This document shows, piece by piece, positions 23,014 through 35,158 of a stretch of DNA of 52,153 nucleotides. Made by a program: the position numbers and the translations under genes. The stretch is from Pseudomonas sp. (lineage in GTDB: Bacteria > Pseudomonadota > Gammaproteobacteria > Pseudomonadales > Pseudomonadaceae): NCBI GenBank assembly GCA_050739815.1, contig JBOICE010000063.1, positions 1-52,153 on the forward strand, given 5' to 3'. Numbering within the stretch: position 1 is the first letter of the stretch; every line of letters starts with the position of its first letter. The notes beneath the pieces are model-generated. The model was not told the DNA's origin, ran no database searches, and saw only the letters and a program-made list of their open reading frames with translations.

Positions 23014-23643
23014 TCAGAGTCGAGCCTGCACCAGATCTTTCAGATCGGTCAGCTTGCCGTGAAAAAAGTGCCCGCATTCTGCCACTTTCAGCAACTCATG
23101 GGCACGTTCCAGGGATTCGGACCAGGCGAATACCGCTGCCGGGCTGATCACTTCGTCGTTTTCCGGCTGGATTACCGTCAAAGTGCACTGCTGGGGGAAG
23201 GCATCCTCGGCGCCGAGTCGCGTTACCGCAGGGGCCACCATAAACAGCCTATCCAGCTCAACATCCCGCGCTTCCAGACGCGCCGAAAGCGATGCTGCGA
23301 CGAAGCCGCCAAAGGAAAAACCGAACACGCTCAACGGCAGCTCTGGATGCTGGGCCAGCAGCCAGTTCGCGGCAGCCTCGGCATCATCGACTTCACCGGT
23401 CGCCATATCGTGCTCGCCAGCGCTCGCCCCAACACCGCGATAGTTGAAACGCAAGGTGGCGAAACCCGCATCGCGCGCGGTGCGCTGCAAGGTGGAAACA
23501 ACCTTGTTTAACATGCTGCCACCCTGTACCGGATTGGGATGGCAAATCAGCGCCAGGCCACGGGCTTCGGGCAGGTCGAGATAAAGCGCTTCGAGCTGGC
23601 CACTGGGGCCATCGAGCAAGAGAGAAACTTCACGAGTAGACAA
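23014..23643 (-). CDS. Alpha/beta hydrolase
   Basis: HPNPVQGG, RFNYRGVG, GFSFGG nucleophile elbow, GHFFHG; TTG start inferred. Confidence 0.9.
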   Translation of the reverse strand: MSTREVSLLLDGPSGQLEALYLDLPEARGLALICHPNPVQGGSMLNKVVSTLQRTARDAGFATLRFNYRGVGASAGEHDMATGEVDDAEAAANWLLAQHPELPLSVFGFSFGGFVAASLSARLEARDVELDRLFMVAPAVTRLGAEDAFPQQCTLTVIQPENDEVISPAAVFAWSESLERAHELLKVAECGHFFHGKLTDLKDLVQARL

Positions 23644-23770
23644 CGAGGAACTCCGTGACCCCGGACAGGGTCGACACGTCTTGGTTAAGCACAACACTGC
23701 TTGCGTCGCGCTATACAGCGCAGGTTCGAGCCGTTAACGTAAAGCAAAGCCGTTTATAGAGGAAGGACTC

Positions 23771-24205
23771 GTGGAACAGACGCTCTTGGCCTGGTTAATA
23801 CCGGCACTCGCCCTGCTCGCTGGCATCACCATCGGTTTTCTGGTCGCCCGCCTGGTTCCCAGTGCCGCGCCCAGCCGCACACAGCGGCAACTGGATGAGA
23901 TCCAGGAACGCTTCGACAGCTATCAAAGCGAAGTTGTGACTCACTTCAATACCACCGCCAATCTGGTGAAGAAACTCACTCAGAGTTATCAGGAGGTCCA
24001 GGAACACCTATCCGAGGGCGCCAACCGCCTGGCCCTCGACGAATTGACCCGCCAGCGCCTGCTCGCCGCCCTGAACAACGATGACCAGACGGGCCAGCGT
24101 GAACGCCTGACTCCACCAAAAGGCGCCGAAGTCCCGAAGGACTACGCCCCCAAGGCGGCCGATGCTCCGGGCACATTAGACGCAACCTTTGGCCTGAAGA
24201 AGTAA
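23771..24205 (+). CDS. yhcB: YhcB/ZapG family (DUF1043) membrane protein
   Basis: N-terminal TM, coiled coil, HFNTTA, PKDYAP. Confidence 0.88.
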   Translation: MEQTLLAWLIPALALLAGITIGFLVARLVPSAAPSRTQRQLDEIQERFDSYQSEVVTHFNTTANLVKKLTQSYQEVQEHLSEGANRLALDELTRQRLLAALNNDDQTGQRERLTPPKGAEVPKDYAPKAADAPGTLDATFGLKK

Positions 24206-24251
24206 GTCGCAGCCGGCATCGCTAAAACGATGTGATAGTTGAACCTACAGC

Positions 24252-24287
24252 CAATAAGAAGCCCCGCCTAGGCGGGGCTTCTTATTG
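24252..24287. terminator. Perfect 36-nt palindrome, bidirectional terminator
   Basis: CAATAAGAAGCCCCGCCT|AGGCGGGGCTTCTTATTG between convergent yhcB and cysNC. Confidence 0.8.
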
Positions 24288-24296
24288 AGCGGGCGA

Positions 24297-26195
24297 TTAG
24301 ATCGCGCCGCGGCTACGCAACAGGTCGAGCACCAGCTTGACCCCCTCTTCCAGCGAAACGCTCTGCGTGTCGACCACCAGGTCGGCATTCAGCGGCACAT
24401 CGTACGGGAAGGACTCGCCGGGGATATTGTCGCCAGCGGCGGCATACAAGCCTTGCGGATCACGCTCCTGGCACACCTGCGGCGAAGCCTGCACGTAAAC
24501 GGTGATCAAGCGCTCGGCACCGATCAACGCCTTGGCCTGTTCGCGACCTTCGGCATCCGGTGCAACGAACGCCGCCAACGTCAGCAAGCCAGCCTCATTG
24601 AACTGCCGCGCCACATGAGCAGCACGCCGCCAGTTCTCGGTACGTCCGGCACGATCCTGCGGCAGGCCTTTATTCAGGTCATGGCGTAGGTTTTGGCCAT
24701 CCAGCACATAAACCGCGCGCCCCATATCGAACAGCTTGCGCTCCACGGCATAGGCCAAAGTGCTCTTGCCGGCTCCAGACAGACCGCTGAACAACACGGT
24801 AGCCGGCTGCTGACCGAAACGTGCGGCGCGCTCCTCGGTTGCCACATGCGCCAGCTTGCCGTGATGGCTGCCGCCTCGAACATTCAGCGGTGCCGCGATG
24901 ATCATGCCTGCGCCAACGGTGCCGTTAGTCAGACGATCGACGATGATGAACGCGCCCGTGGTGCGGTTGCGCTCATAGCCATCGAGGGCGATCGGCGCAT
25001 CCAGGCTGACCTTGACCTTGGCGATCTCGTTGAGCTGCAGGCTGCTCGCCGCTCCCACGTCCAGGGTATTCACATCGACCTTGTGGACAATGCTGGCAAT
25101 CGAGCCCGGCACATAGCTGGTGGCGCGTTTGATGTCGTACTTCTTGCCCGGCAACATCGGCTCTTCGGCCATCCACACCAGCATGGCCTCGAAGCTATCG
25201 GTGACCAGCGGCTGGTTATCGGCATGCACCAACAGGTCGCCACGGGAGATATCGATCTCGTCTTCCATGGTCAGGGTGACGGCCTGGCCGGGGCCAGCCT
25301 GTTCCAGCTCACCCTCGAACGTGACAATCGATTTAACCCGGCTGCTCTTGCCGGACGGCAGCACCACGACCTCATCGCCCTTGTGTACGATGCCGCTGGC
25401 CAAGGTGCCGGCGAAACCACGGAAGTTCAGGTTCGGACGGTTGACGTACTGCACCGGGAAACGCATGTCGGTGAAGTTGCGATCACCCGCGACCTCAACG
25501 GTTTCGAGGATCTCCATCAGCGATTGGCCGGTGTACCACGGCGAACGCTCGCTCTTGTTGACGACGTTATCGCCCTTCAGCGCCGACATCGGCACGAAGT
25601 GGATCGAGGTCGGGTTGAGCTTGATACGGTCGGCGAACTGCAGATAGTCAGCCTTGATCGTCTCGAAAACGCCCTGATCGAAATCCTTCAGGTCCATTTT
25701 GTTGATCGCTACGACAATGTGCTTGATGCCGAGCAAGGAGGCGATATAGCTGTGACGACGAGTCTGGGTCTGCACACCGTAGCGCGCATCGACCAGGATG
25801 ATCGCCAGGTCGCAGGTCGAGGCGCCGGTCGCCATGTTGCGCGTGTACTGCTCATGGCCGGGGGTGTCGGCGATGATGAACTTGCGCTTGGCGGTGGAGA
25901 AATAGCGGTAAGCCACGTCTATGGTGATGCCCTGCTCGCGCTCGGCCTGCAAGCCGTCGACCAGCAGCGCCAGGTCGATATCGTCACCGGTGGTGCCGAC
26001 TTTCTTCGAGTCGCGGGTGATGGCTTCCAGATGGTCTTCGTAGATCATCTTGGAGTCGTGCAGCAGGCGCCCGATCAGGGTGCTCTTGCCGTCGTCGACG
26101 TTGCCGCAGGTGAGGAAGCGCAGCAGTTCTTTACGTTCGTGCTGGGCCAGGTAGGCGAGAATGTCCTCGCTGATCAAATCGGACTGGTGCGACAT
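24297..26195 (-). CDS. cysNC: Sulfate adenylyltransferase subunit 1 / APS kinase fusion
   Basis: [21 protein letters not shown] GTPase motifs plus C-terminal GLSGAGKST...LDGQNLR. Confidence 0.95.
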   Translation of the reverse strand: MSHQSDLISEDILAYLAQHERKELLRFLTCGNVDDGKSTLIGRLLHDSKMIYEDHLEAITRDSKKVGTTGDDIDLALLVDGLQAEREQGITIDVAYRYFSTAKRKFIIADTPGHEQYTRNMATGASTCDLAIILVDARYGVQTQTRRHSYIASLLGIKHIVVAINKMDLKDFDQGVFETIKADYLQFADRIKLNPTSIHFVPMSALKGDNVVNKSERSPWYTGQSLMEILETVEVAGDRNFTDMRFPVQYVNRPNLNFRGFAGTLASGIVHKGDEVVVLPSGKSSRVKSIVTFEGELEQAGPGQAVTLTMEDEIDISRGDLLVHADNQPLVTDSFEAMLVWMAEEPMLPGKKYDIKRATSYVPGSIASIVHKVDVNTLDVGAASSLQLNEIAKVKVSLDAPIALDGYERNRTTGAFIIVDRLTNGTVGAGMIIAAPLNVRGGSHHGKLAHVATEERAARFGQQPATVLFSGLSGAGKSTLAYAVERKLFDMGRAVYVLDGQNLRHDLNKGLPQDRAGRTENWRRAAHVARQFNEAGLLTLAAFVAPDAEGREQAKALIGAERLITVYVQASPQVCQERDPQGLYAAAGDNIPGESFPYDVPLNADLVVDTQSVSLEEGVKLVLDLLRSRGAI

Positions 26196-26196
26196 C

Positions 26197-27114
26197 TTAA
26201 AAGTACCCCTGACGTTTCTTGTCTTCCATCGAGCCCGCTTGGTCGTGGTCGATCACCCGACCTTGACGCTCGGACGTTCGGGTCAGGAGCATTTCCTGGA
26301 TGATGTCAGTCAGGGTGGTGGCGTCGGACTCCACTGCGCCGGTCAGCGGGTAGCAGCCGAGGGTACGGAAGCGCACTTTCTTCTTCACGATGCGGGCTTT
26401 CTCCTCGTCACTCAGGTGCTCAAGGATGCGCTCGTCATCGATCATGATCAGCGTGCCGTTCTTCTCGATCACCTCGCGCTCGGCAGCGAAGTACAGCGGC
26501 ACGATAGGGATGCCTTCAAGGTAGATGTATTGCCAGATGTCCAGCTCGGTCCAGTTGGACAGCGGGAACACCCGAATCGATTCACCCTTGTTGACCTTGC
26601 CGTTGTAGACATTCCACAACTCAGGGCGCTGGTTCTTCGGATCCCAACGGTGCTTGCTGTCACGGAAGGAATACACGCGTTCCTTGGCCCGCGACTTCTC
26701 TTCATCACGACGAGCGCCCCCAAAGGCGGCATCGAAGCCGTACTTGTCCAGGGCTTGCTTGAGCCCCTCGGTCTTCATGATGTCAGTGTGCTTGGCACTG
26801 CCATGGGTGAATGGGTTGATGCCCTGCGCCACACCCTCCGGGTTGACGTGTACCAGCAGGTCCAGGCCCAGCTCTGCGACCATTTTGTCGCGGAACGAAT
26901 ACATCTCCTGGAACTTCCACTGGGTATCCACATGCATGACCGGGAACGGCAGCTTGCCGGGAAAGAACGCCTTGCGTGCAAGGTGCAGCATGACAGCGGA
27001 ATCTTTACCGATGGAGTACAGCATCACCGGGTTATCGAACTCGGCGGCTACCTCGCGGATGATGTGGATGCTTTCCGCCTCCAGCTGTTTCAGATGCGTC
27101 AATTTATCGAGCAT
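26197..27114 (-). CDS. cysD: Sulfate adenylyltransferase subunit 2
   Basis: [40 protein letters not shown]. Confidence 0.97.
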   Translation of the reverse strand: MLDKLTHLKQLEAESIHIIREVAAEFDNPVMLYSIGKDSAVMLHLARKAFFPGKLPFPVMHVDTQWKFQEMYSFRDKMVAELGLDLLVHVNPEGVAQGINPFTHGSAKHTDIMKTEGLKQALDKYGFDAAFGGARRDEEKSRAKERVYSFRDSKHRWDPKNQRPELWNVYNGKVNKGESIRVFPLSNWTELDIWQYIYLEGIPIVPLYFAAEREVIEKNGTLIMIDDERILEHLSDEEKARIVKKKVRFRTLGCYPLTGAVESDATTLTDIIQEMLLTRTSERQGRVIDHDQAGSMEDKKRQGYF

Positions 27115-27248
27115 GGCTACTCACGGCTTTCTCTCTGGGGAGAGCTTATTGGACGGCCTACGGGCCGTGGACGAAGGGCGCACTTTAGCACAGCACCCTC
27201 TTCTAATCAGGCAGCCACTTAGACCTAAACGATCTAGTGATATTCCGC

Positions 27249-28007
27249 CTAAACGGGGTTCGGGCAGTCGATAAACAAGTGCTCGATGGCAAAGCGCCGC
27301 GCCAGATAATCGCCCAACGCCCGTATCCCGTAGCGCTCGGTCGCGTGGTGGCCGGCGGCGATAAAACTGAGACCGTTTTCCCGCGCGCTATGCACCGTTT
27401 GCTCCGACGCTTCGCCGGTCAGATAAAGATCCACGCCTGCCGCAATGGCCTGATCGATATAACCCTGGCCACCGCCGGTACACCAACCGATCCGACGGAT
27501 CATCTGCCCTGCGTCGATCAACAACGGCTCACGCCCCAGCACCTCCTGCACTCGGCGGGCAAAATCACGCGCAGTCATGTGCTCCGCCAGCGAGCCAATC
27601 AAGCCCACTGTGCGTGGATTTCCTGGCTCCAAGGGCCCCTCGACGATGATCTCCAACTGGCGCGCCAACTGCACGTTATTGCCCACTTCTGGATGCACAT
27701 CCAAAGGCAGGTGATAGGCCAGCAGGCTGATGTCATTGTTCAGCAAGGTTTTCAGCCGACGCTGCTTCATACCGACCACGCAAGGATTCTCGCCCTTCCA
27801 GAAGTAGCCGTGATGCACCAGCAGCACATCGGCCCCGGCCTCGACAGCCGCATCCAGCAACGCTTGGCTGGCCGTCACTCCGCTGACGATGCGCTGTACG
27901 TGTGGCCGGCCTTCGACCTGCAGGCCATTCGGGCAGTAATCCTGAAGCTGCGCCGCATTAAGGTACCGCTCGGTTTCTTCCACCAAAGTGCTCAAGGCAA
28001 TGGCCAT
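27249..28007 (-). CDS. Nif3-like dinuclear metal center protein (YbgI family)
   Basis: DYCPNGLQVEG, VHHG, YHLPLD, GHHATERYG. Confidence 0.94.
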   Translation of the reverse strand: MAIALSTLVEETERYLNAAQLQDYCPNGLQVEGRPHVQRIVSGVTASQALLDAAVEAGADVLLVHHGYFWKGENPCVVGMKQRRLKTLLNNDISLLAYHLPLDVHPEVGNNVQLARQLEIIVEGPLEPGNPRTVGLIGSLAEHMTARDFARRVQEVLGREPLLIDAGQMIRRIGWCTGGGQGYIDQAIAAGVDLYLTGEASEQTVHSARENGLSFIAAGHHATERYGIRALGDYLARRFAIEHLFIDCPNPV

Positions 28008-28118
28008 AAGAATTCCTCACTAGAGCTATTGCTGGCCGCTCCTTTATTGACGAACGGCCTCTATAATGGCGCCACCTTAAGGGCCTCTCTACGCCCTCGC
28101 AACCCTCAGGATTTTTCG

Positions 28119-29273
28119 ATGTTCAAGGCCCTGCGTTTCCTCGGCTGGCCCCTGCTAGCCGGCGTACTCCTAGCACTGCTGATTATCCAGTACTACCCGC
28201 AGTGGGTTGGCTTGCCGCGCCAGGATGTCCATATGCAGCAGGCGCCGCGCTATGGCCTCGTCGAGCAGGGCCCGGTTTCCTATGCGCAGGCGGTGAGCAG
28301 CGCCGCGCCGGCGGTGGCCAACCTCTACACCACCAAGATTGTGAGCAAACCGGCTAACTCCCCGTTCGGAGACCCCCAGTTCCGGCGCTTCTTTGGCGAC
28401 AACCTGCCCAAGCAGCGGCGTATGGAGTCCAGCCTCGGGTCGGCGGTGATCATGAGCCCGGAAGGCTATCTACTGACCAACAACCACGTCAGCGCTGGCG
28501 CCGACCAGATTGTCGTGGCACTGAAAGACGGCCGCGAAACCTTGGCCCGGGTGATCGGCAGCGACCCTGAAACCGATCTGGCGGTCCTGAAAATCGACTT
28601 GCAGGAGCTGCCCGTCATCACCCTCGGCCGTTCGGACAACATCAGCATCGGCGATGTGGCGCTGGCCATCGGTAACCCTTTCGGCGTGGGCCAAACCGTC
28701 ACCATGGGCATCATCAGCGCCACCGGACGGAACCAGCTCGGCTTGAACACCTACGAAGATTTCATCCAGACCGACGCCGCGATCAACCCAGGCAACTCCG
28801 GTGGCGCGCTGGTCGATGCCCACGGCAACCTGATCGGCATCAATACCGCGATCCTCTCCAAGTCCAACGGCTCACAAGGCATCGGCTTTGCAATTCCGAC
28901 CAAGCTGGCACTGGATGTAATGAAGGCCATCATCGAGCACGGTCAGGTGATCCGCGGCTGGCTTGGCATCGAGGTCCAGCCGCTGACCCCCGAATTGGCC
29001 GAGTCCTTTGGCCTGGAAGGTCGCCCAGGTATCGTCGTCGCCGGCGTTTATCGCGACGGCCCGGCACAGAAAGCCGGGCTGCAACCGGGCGACCTGATCC
29101 TCAGCATCGATGGCGAACCTGCCAGCGACGGTCGTCGTTCAATGAACCAAGTCGCCCGCGCCAAGCCCGGCGAAAAAACCAGCATCGAAGTGATGCGTAA
29201 CGGCAAACCCCTCGAGCTAACGGCTGAAATCGGCCTGCGCCCACCGCCGGCCAGCAACGGCGCCAAGGAGTAA
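28119..29273 (+). CDS. algW: DegS-like serine protease with PDZ domain
   Basis: Start MFKALRFLGWP; TNNHV, DLAVL, GNSGG, C-terminal PDZ. Confidence 0.93.
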   Translation: MFKALRFLGWPLLAGVLLALLIIQYYPQWVGLPRQDVHMQQAPRYGLVEQGPVSYAQAVSSAAPAVANLYTTKIVSKPANSPFGDPQFRRFFGDNLPKQRRMESSLGSAVIMSPEGYLLTNNHVSAGADQIVVALKDGRETLARVIGSDPETDLAVLKIDLQELPVITLGRSDNISIGDVALAIGNPFGVGQTVTMGIISATGRNQLGLNTYEDFIQTDAAINPGNSGGALVDAHGNLIGINTAILSKSNGSQGIGFAIPTKLALDVMKAIIEHGQVIRGWLGIEVQPLTPELAESFGLEGRPGIVVAGVYRDGPAQKAGLQPGDLILSIDGEPASDGRRSMNQVARAKPGEKTSIEVMRNGKPLELTAEIGLRPPPASNGAKE

Positions 29274-29464
29274 CGGTTAGACGGCGCCTTCGAGCGCCGC
29301 TTGGCTCGAGGTAGCGCCCCTCAGCAGCGCTGCTGGCACTCAAATTTCAATGCAGAGACTGGCCAGCGCTGAAACGAGCCAAAACGAGCAGCACAAGCGA
29401 GCGCGGCCTCTGACCTTCATCGACAGCTCGCATCACGCGTGGCATAGCTCAACGCGCCTCAGAA

Positions 29465-29498
29465 ATGACAACGCCCGGCTTGAGCCGGGCGCCGTCAT
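29465..29498 (-). terminator. Terminator-like hairpin downstream of hisC
   Basis: Minus strand ATGACGGCGCCCGGC-tcaa-GCCGGGCGTTGTCAT followed by TTCT. Confidence 0.7.
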
Positions 29499-29515
29499 GG
29501 ATTCCCCAAAACCGT

Positions 29516-29682
29516 CGAAACTGATTTTGAAATCAGTCGAACTAAAGCCAGGCCCGTGGGGCGAGCGTAGCGAGTAAAAGTGGCTGAGAAAATGCAATTT
29601 ACGAGCTGTAAATAAGCACTCCGAAACCACCTTTAACGCAGCATCACGCACAAAGCCTTCAGGCAATGTGCAAACAGCTTCT
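29516..29682. repeat. Structured MITE-like repeat element, copy 1
   Basis: Core AAAAGTGGCTGAGAAAATGCAATTTACGAGCTGTAAATAAGCACTCCGAAACCACCTTT aligns with 34706-34844; decayed terminal repeats; abuts the hisC stop. Confidence 0.65.
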
Positions 29683-30734
29683 TAGAGGCCGTTTAGCGCC
29701 TCGATCAACGCGTGGTTCTGCTCCGGTGTGCCAATGGTGATGCGCAGGAACTGAGCGATGCGTTCCTGCTTGAAGTGCCGCACGATCACGCCCTGCTCAC
29801 GCAGGCCGGCAGCCAAGGCGGCTGCATCTTTTTGTGGATGGCGGGCAAAGATGAAGTTAGCCGCTGACGGCAACACCTCAAAGCCTAACGCCTGCAAATC
29901 GCCAATTACCTGTTCACGGCTGTCGATTACCGCTTGGCAGGTCTGCTGGAAGTAGGCTTTGTCCTCGAAGGCCGCAGCCGCCCCCACAATCGCCATGCGA
30001 TCCAGCGGGTAAGAGTTGAAGCTATTCTTGATCCGCTCCAGCGCCTCGATCAAATCCGGATGACCGACCGCCAGACCAACGCGTAGCCCGGCCAGCGAGC
30101 GGGATTTGGACAAGGTCTGGGTCACCAGCAGGTTCGGGTAGCGATCGACCAGGGCGATCGCGGTCTCGCCACCGAAATCGACATAGGCCTCATCCACCAC
30201 CACCACCGAATCCGGATTGCTCTTCAGCAGTAGCTCGACGGCATCAAGCGCCAACCAGCAACCGGTCGGCGCATTCGGGTTGGGGAAAACGATCCCGCCA
30301 TTAGGCTTGGCGTAATCCTCCGCGCGAATCTGGAACCGCTCATCCAACGGCACCGCCTCGAACGGAATGCCGTACAGGCCGCAGTACACCGGATAGAAGC
30401 TGTAGCTGATATCTGGGAACAACAACGGCTTGCCATGTTGGAACAGGCCGTGGAAGGCATGCGCCAGCACTTCGTCCGAGCCGTTGCCGAGGAACACCTG
30501 AGCCGGCTGTACGCCGTAATAGTCGGCAATGGCCTGCTTCAGGCGCTCACCGTTCGGATCAGGATAGAGCCGCAGGTTGTCATTCAACTCCGCCTGCATG
30601 GCCGCCAGGGCCTTGGGCGAAGGGCCGTAAGGATTTTCGTTGGTGTTCAGCTTGACCAGTTTGGCCAGCTTGGGTTGCTCGCCCGGCACATAAGGCACCA
30701 GGTCTTTAACGAAGGGGCTCCAGAATTTGCTCAT
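29682..30734 (-). CDS. hisC: Histidinol-phosphate aminotransferase
   Basis: [41 protein letters not shown]. Confidence 0.96.
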   Translation of the reverse strand: MSKFWSPFVKDLVPYVPGEQPKLAKLVKLNTNENPYGPSPKALAAMQAELNDNLRLYPDPNGERLKQAIADYYGVQPAQVFLGNGSDEVLAHAFHGLFQHGKPLLFPDISYSFYPVYCGLYGIPFEAVPLDERFQIRAEDYAKPNGGIVFPNPNAPTGCWLALDAVELLLKSNPDSVVVVDEAYVDFGGETAIALVDRYPNLLVTQTLSKSRSLAGLRVGLAVGHPDLIEALERIKNSFNSYPLDRMAIVGAAAAFEDKAYFQQTCQAVIDSREQVIGDLQALGFEVLPSAANFIFARHPQKDAAALAAGLREQGVIVRHFKQERIAQFLRITIGTPEQNHALIEALNGL

Positions 30735-30737
30735 GGT

Positions 30738-32066
30738 TTATTCACCCTTCGATTGATCGGAGGCTATACGGTATTCAGCGCTGCGGGCGTGGGCGGTCAG
30801 CGATTCGCCACGGGCCAGCACGGAAGCGGTTTTACCCAGCTCAGAGGCTCCCTCAGCCGAACAATTGATGATCGACGAGCGCTTCTGGAAGTCATACACA
30901 CCCAGCGGCGAAGAGAAACGCGCGGTGCCGGAGGTGGGTAACACGTGGTTGGGCCCGGCGCAGTAGTCGCCCAAGGCCTCGGCGGTGTAGCGGCCCATGA
31001 AGATTGCGCCGGCGTGGCGGATCTGCGGCAACCACGCCTCAGGATCAGCGACCGACAACTCCAAGTGCTCGGGTGCGATGCGATTGGCTACTTCGATGGC
31101 TTGCTGCATATCGCGCACCTGGATCAGTGCGCCACGCCCTTCGAGCGAGGTGCGGATAATCTCGGCGCGTTCCATGCTCGGCAACAGCTTGGCGATACTG
31201 GCGGCGACTCGATCGAGGAACTCGGCATCCGGACTGAGCAGAATCGCCTGGGCATCTTCGTCGTGCTCGGCCTGGGAGAACAGGTCCATGGCGATCCAGT
31301 CCGGGTCGGTCTGACCGTCACAGACCACCAGGATTTCCGAAGGGCCGGCGATCATATCGATGCCGACCTTGCCGAACACATGGCGTTTAGCGGTCGCCAC
31401 ATAGATGTTGCCAGGCCCGACGATCTTATCCACCGGCGGCACGCTCTCGGTGCCATAGGCCAGCGCCGCCACCGCTTGAGCGCCGCCAATGGTGAACACC
31501 CGATCGACACCGGCAATGCAGGCCGCCGCCAAGACGATTTCATTGATCTCGCCACGCGGGGTCGGCACCACCATGACCACTTCCGGCACGCCGGCAACCT
31601 TGGCAGGGATGGCGTTCATCAACACCGACGACGGATAGGAAGCCTTGCCACCCGGCACATACAGACCCGCACGATCCAGCGGCGTGACCTTCTGCCCAAG
31701 CACCGTGCCATCGGCTTCGGTATAGGTCCAGGAGTCCTGCTTCTGCTGCTCGTGGTAACTGCGCACGCGCCCGGCGGCGACTTCCAGCGCCTGGCGTTGC
31801 GCCGCGGTGATGCGCGTCAGCGCTAATTCCAAACGCTCACGCGGCAGGATCAGATCCGCCATGCTGGCGACACTGAGACCGTCGAAACGCTGGGTGTACT
31901 CCACCAGCGCCGCATCACCGCGCTCACGCACGGCAGCAATGATCTCCAGTACACGCTGATTGACCGACTCATCGGACACGCTTTCCCAACTCAGCAGATG
32001 ATCCAGATGACGAGCGAAGTCCGGGTCAGCAGCGTTGAGTCGGCGGATAGCAGTGGAAGCGGTCAT
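30738..32066 (-). CDS. hisD: Histidinol dehydrogenase
   Basis: [40 protein letters not shown]. Confidence 0.97.
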   Translation of the reverse strand: MTASTAIRRLNAADPDFARHLDHLLSWESVSDESVNQRVLEIIAAVRERGDAALVEYTQRFDGLSVASMADLILPRERLELALTRITAAQRQALEVAAGRVRSYHEQQKQDSWTYTEADGTVLGQKVTPLDRAGLYVPGGKASYPSSVLMNAIPAKVAGVPEVVMVVPTPRGEINEIVLAAACIAGVDRVFTIGGAQAVAALAYGTESVPPVDKIVGPGNIYVATAKRHVFGKVGIDMIAGPSEILVVCDGQTDPDWIAMDLFSQAEHDEDAQAILLSPDAEFLDRVAASIAKLLPSMERAEIIRTSLEGRGALIQVRDMQQAIEVANRIAPEHLELSVADPEAWLPQIRHAGAIFMGRYTAEALGDYCAGPNHVLPTSGTARFSSPLGVYDFQKRSSIINCSAEGASELGKTASVLARGESLTAHARSAEYRIASDQSKGE

Positions 32067-32163
32067 AGCGGGCCTCAATAGATTGGCGATTGCTCAGGCG
32101 CCGCTAGACTACCAACCGTTCCGCGTGGGCACCTGAGAAAAATGGCGATGACGCGGATAGGCG

Positions 32164-32283
32164 GCCGAAAACTGCTCCTGCATTTTCGGCATGCCCGCCA
32201 TCCCTGGCGGTCAGGCGCGGCGCTCAGCCACGCAATTATTAGCATGGATGGCCGAAAACCGCTTCGGCACTTCTGCCATCCAT
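32164..32283. repeat. Two related REP-like palindromic units between hisG and hisD
   Basis: GCCGAAAActgctcctgcaTTTTCGGCatgcCCGCCAtcccTGGCGGtc (32164-32212) and ATGGATGGCCGAAAAccgcTTCGGCacttctGCCATCCAT (32244-32283) share GCCGAAAA...TTCGGCA...GCCATCC. Confidence 0.65.
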
Positions 32284-32288
32284 TGCGC

Positions 32289-32915
32289 TCATCGAGACTC
32301 TACAGCTTCGCGCAGGGTATCGATCAGCGCCTGAATGCGCGCGTGCTGCATCTTCATGGAGGCCTTGTTGACTATCAGCCGCGAGCTGACATAAGCGATC
32401 AGCTCCTGAGCTTCCAGACCGTTGGCTCGCAAGGTATTACCGGTGTCGACCACATCGATGATCTTGTCCGCCAAACCCACCAACGGCGCCAATTCCATCG
32501 AGCCGTACAGCTTGATCACCTCGACCTGACGACCTTGCTCTGCGTAGTAACGCTTGGCCACGTTGACGAACTTGGTCGCTACGCGCAGGCGCCCTTTCGG
32601 TTCAGGCACGCCTACCGCACCAGCGGTCATCAATTTGCACTTGGCGATCTGCAGGTCCAGCGGTTCGTACAGCCCCTGGCCGCCGTACTCCATCAACACG
32701 TCCTTGCCGGCCACACCGAGATCGGCGGCGCCATGTTCGACATAAGTCGGCACATCCGTGGCACGCACGATCAACAGGCGTACATCTTCCTGCGTGGTCG
32801 GGATGATCAGCTTACGGCTTTTGTCCGGATTTTCGGTCGGCACTATGCCGGCCTTGGCGAGCAGCGGCAGGGTGTCGTCGAGAATGCGGCCTTTGGATAG
32901 GGCGATGGTCAGCAT
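32289..32915 (-). CDS. hisG: ATP phosphoribosyltransferase, short form (HisZ-dependent)
   Basis: [35 protein letters not shown]; 208 aa, no C-terminal regulatory domain. Confidence 0.96.
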   Translation of the reverse strand: MLTIALSKGRILDDTLPLLAKAGIVPTENPDKSRKLIIPTTQEDVRLLIVRATDVPTYVEHGAADLGVAGKDVLMEYGGQGLYEPLDLQIAKCKLMTAGAVGVPEPKGRLRVATKFVNVAKRYYAEQGRQVEVIKLYGSMELAPLVGLADKIIDVVDTGNTLRANGLEAQELIAYVSSRLIVNKASMKMQHARIQALIDTLREAVESR

Positions 32916-33068
32916 GAAACAAAGCGTCCTTAGAAACTCGCCCCAGCTAGGGCTATGCACAACTACAACAGCCAGGCCTAATCCTAGGCTGGTGCAGAAC
33001 CTAGCCAAGCCCAACTCTGCCGCTCACGAGTGAGCACAGGTCGGGCTTGGCTTTGTTTTGGCGCCGAC

Positions 33069-34596
<1,528 letters not shown>

Positions 34597-34642
34597 GCTT
34601 AACCTCAATCGGCGCCCTACGCGCGCGGGTCGGCCATCATAC

Positions 34643-34693
34643 AAAAAAGCCCTCCGCCTGCGAACCCCGCAATGCGGAACACTGACGGAGGGC
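34643..34693 (-). terminator. Terminator after the mla operon
   Basis: Minus strand GCCCTCCG...CGGAGGGC-TTTTTT. Confidence 0.7.
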
Positions 34694-34705
34694 CTTGTGT
34701 GCCGA

Positions 34706-34844
34706 CAGACCGTTGAAAAAGGTAGCGAGCGACGCTCAGGCAAGGCGAAAGCAGCCGAAAAAGCGCAGTTTACGCGCTGCACACAAGCATTTTCAGGCTG
34801 ATTTCACCACCGCAGGGCTAGCGCAGTGGCTTTTCAACGACCTG
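34706..34844. repeat. Structured MITE-like repeat element, copy 2 (139 nt)
   Basis: Terminal inverted repeats CAGACCGTTGAAAA / TTTTCAACGACCTG (12/14); core GAAAGCAGCCGAAAAAGCGCAGTTTACGCGCTGCACACAAGCATTTTCAGGCTG aligns with copy 1. Confidence 0.75.
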
Positions 34845-34849
34845 GCAAC

Positions 34850-35158
34850 TCAAGCATCCAGCGGCAACAGCTCGGTCAATCCTGACACTTGCGCGATATG
34901 GCGCATTTCGATCGGCAGCGCGCGCACCCTCAAGGTTTTACCGGCCGACCGAGCCACCCGCATGTAGGCCAACAACAGCGACAGGCCGACACTGCTCGAG
35001 CGCACCACCGCCGCGCAGTCCAGCACCAGTGCCGCGGACTCGGCGGTACGGATCAAGCGCTCACCCTCTGTCCGCAACAGCGGCCCTGAGCGAAAATCCA
35101 GCACACCCGCCAACTGCAGCACACCGCCCGCCTCCTGGCGAATAGCGGCATCACTCAT
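34850..35158 (-). CDS. mlaB: STAS domain protein MlaB
   Basis: Start MSDAAIRQ; LDCAAVVRSSSVGLSLL; end of mla operon. Confidence 0.88.
   Translation of the reverse strand: MSDAAIRQEAGGVLQLAGVLDFRSGPLLRTEGERLIRTAESAALVLDCAAVVRSSSVGLSLLLAYMRVARSAGKTLRVRALPIEMRHIAQVSGLTELLPLDA

Noticed and set aside
24297..26195. CysN-APS kinase fusion as a novelty
   Set aside because: CysNC fusions are well known, including in Pseudomonas
27237..29273. 678-aa ORF suggesting an N-terminally extended AlgW
   Set aside because: The first 294 codons are mostly the antisense shadow of the nif3 gene; AlgW starts at 28119, downstream of a TATAAT at 28062
29350..29666. Short ORFs in the algW-hisC spacer (29350-29577, 29433-29666)
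   Set aside because: They run through a terminator and the repeat element, with no clear RBS or protein-like features
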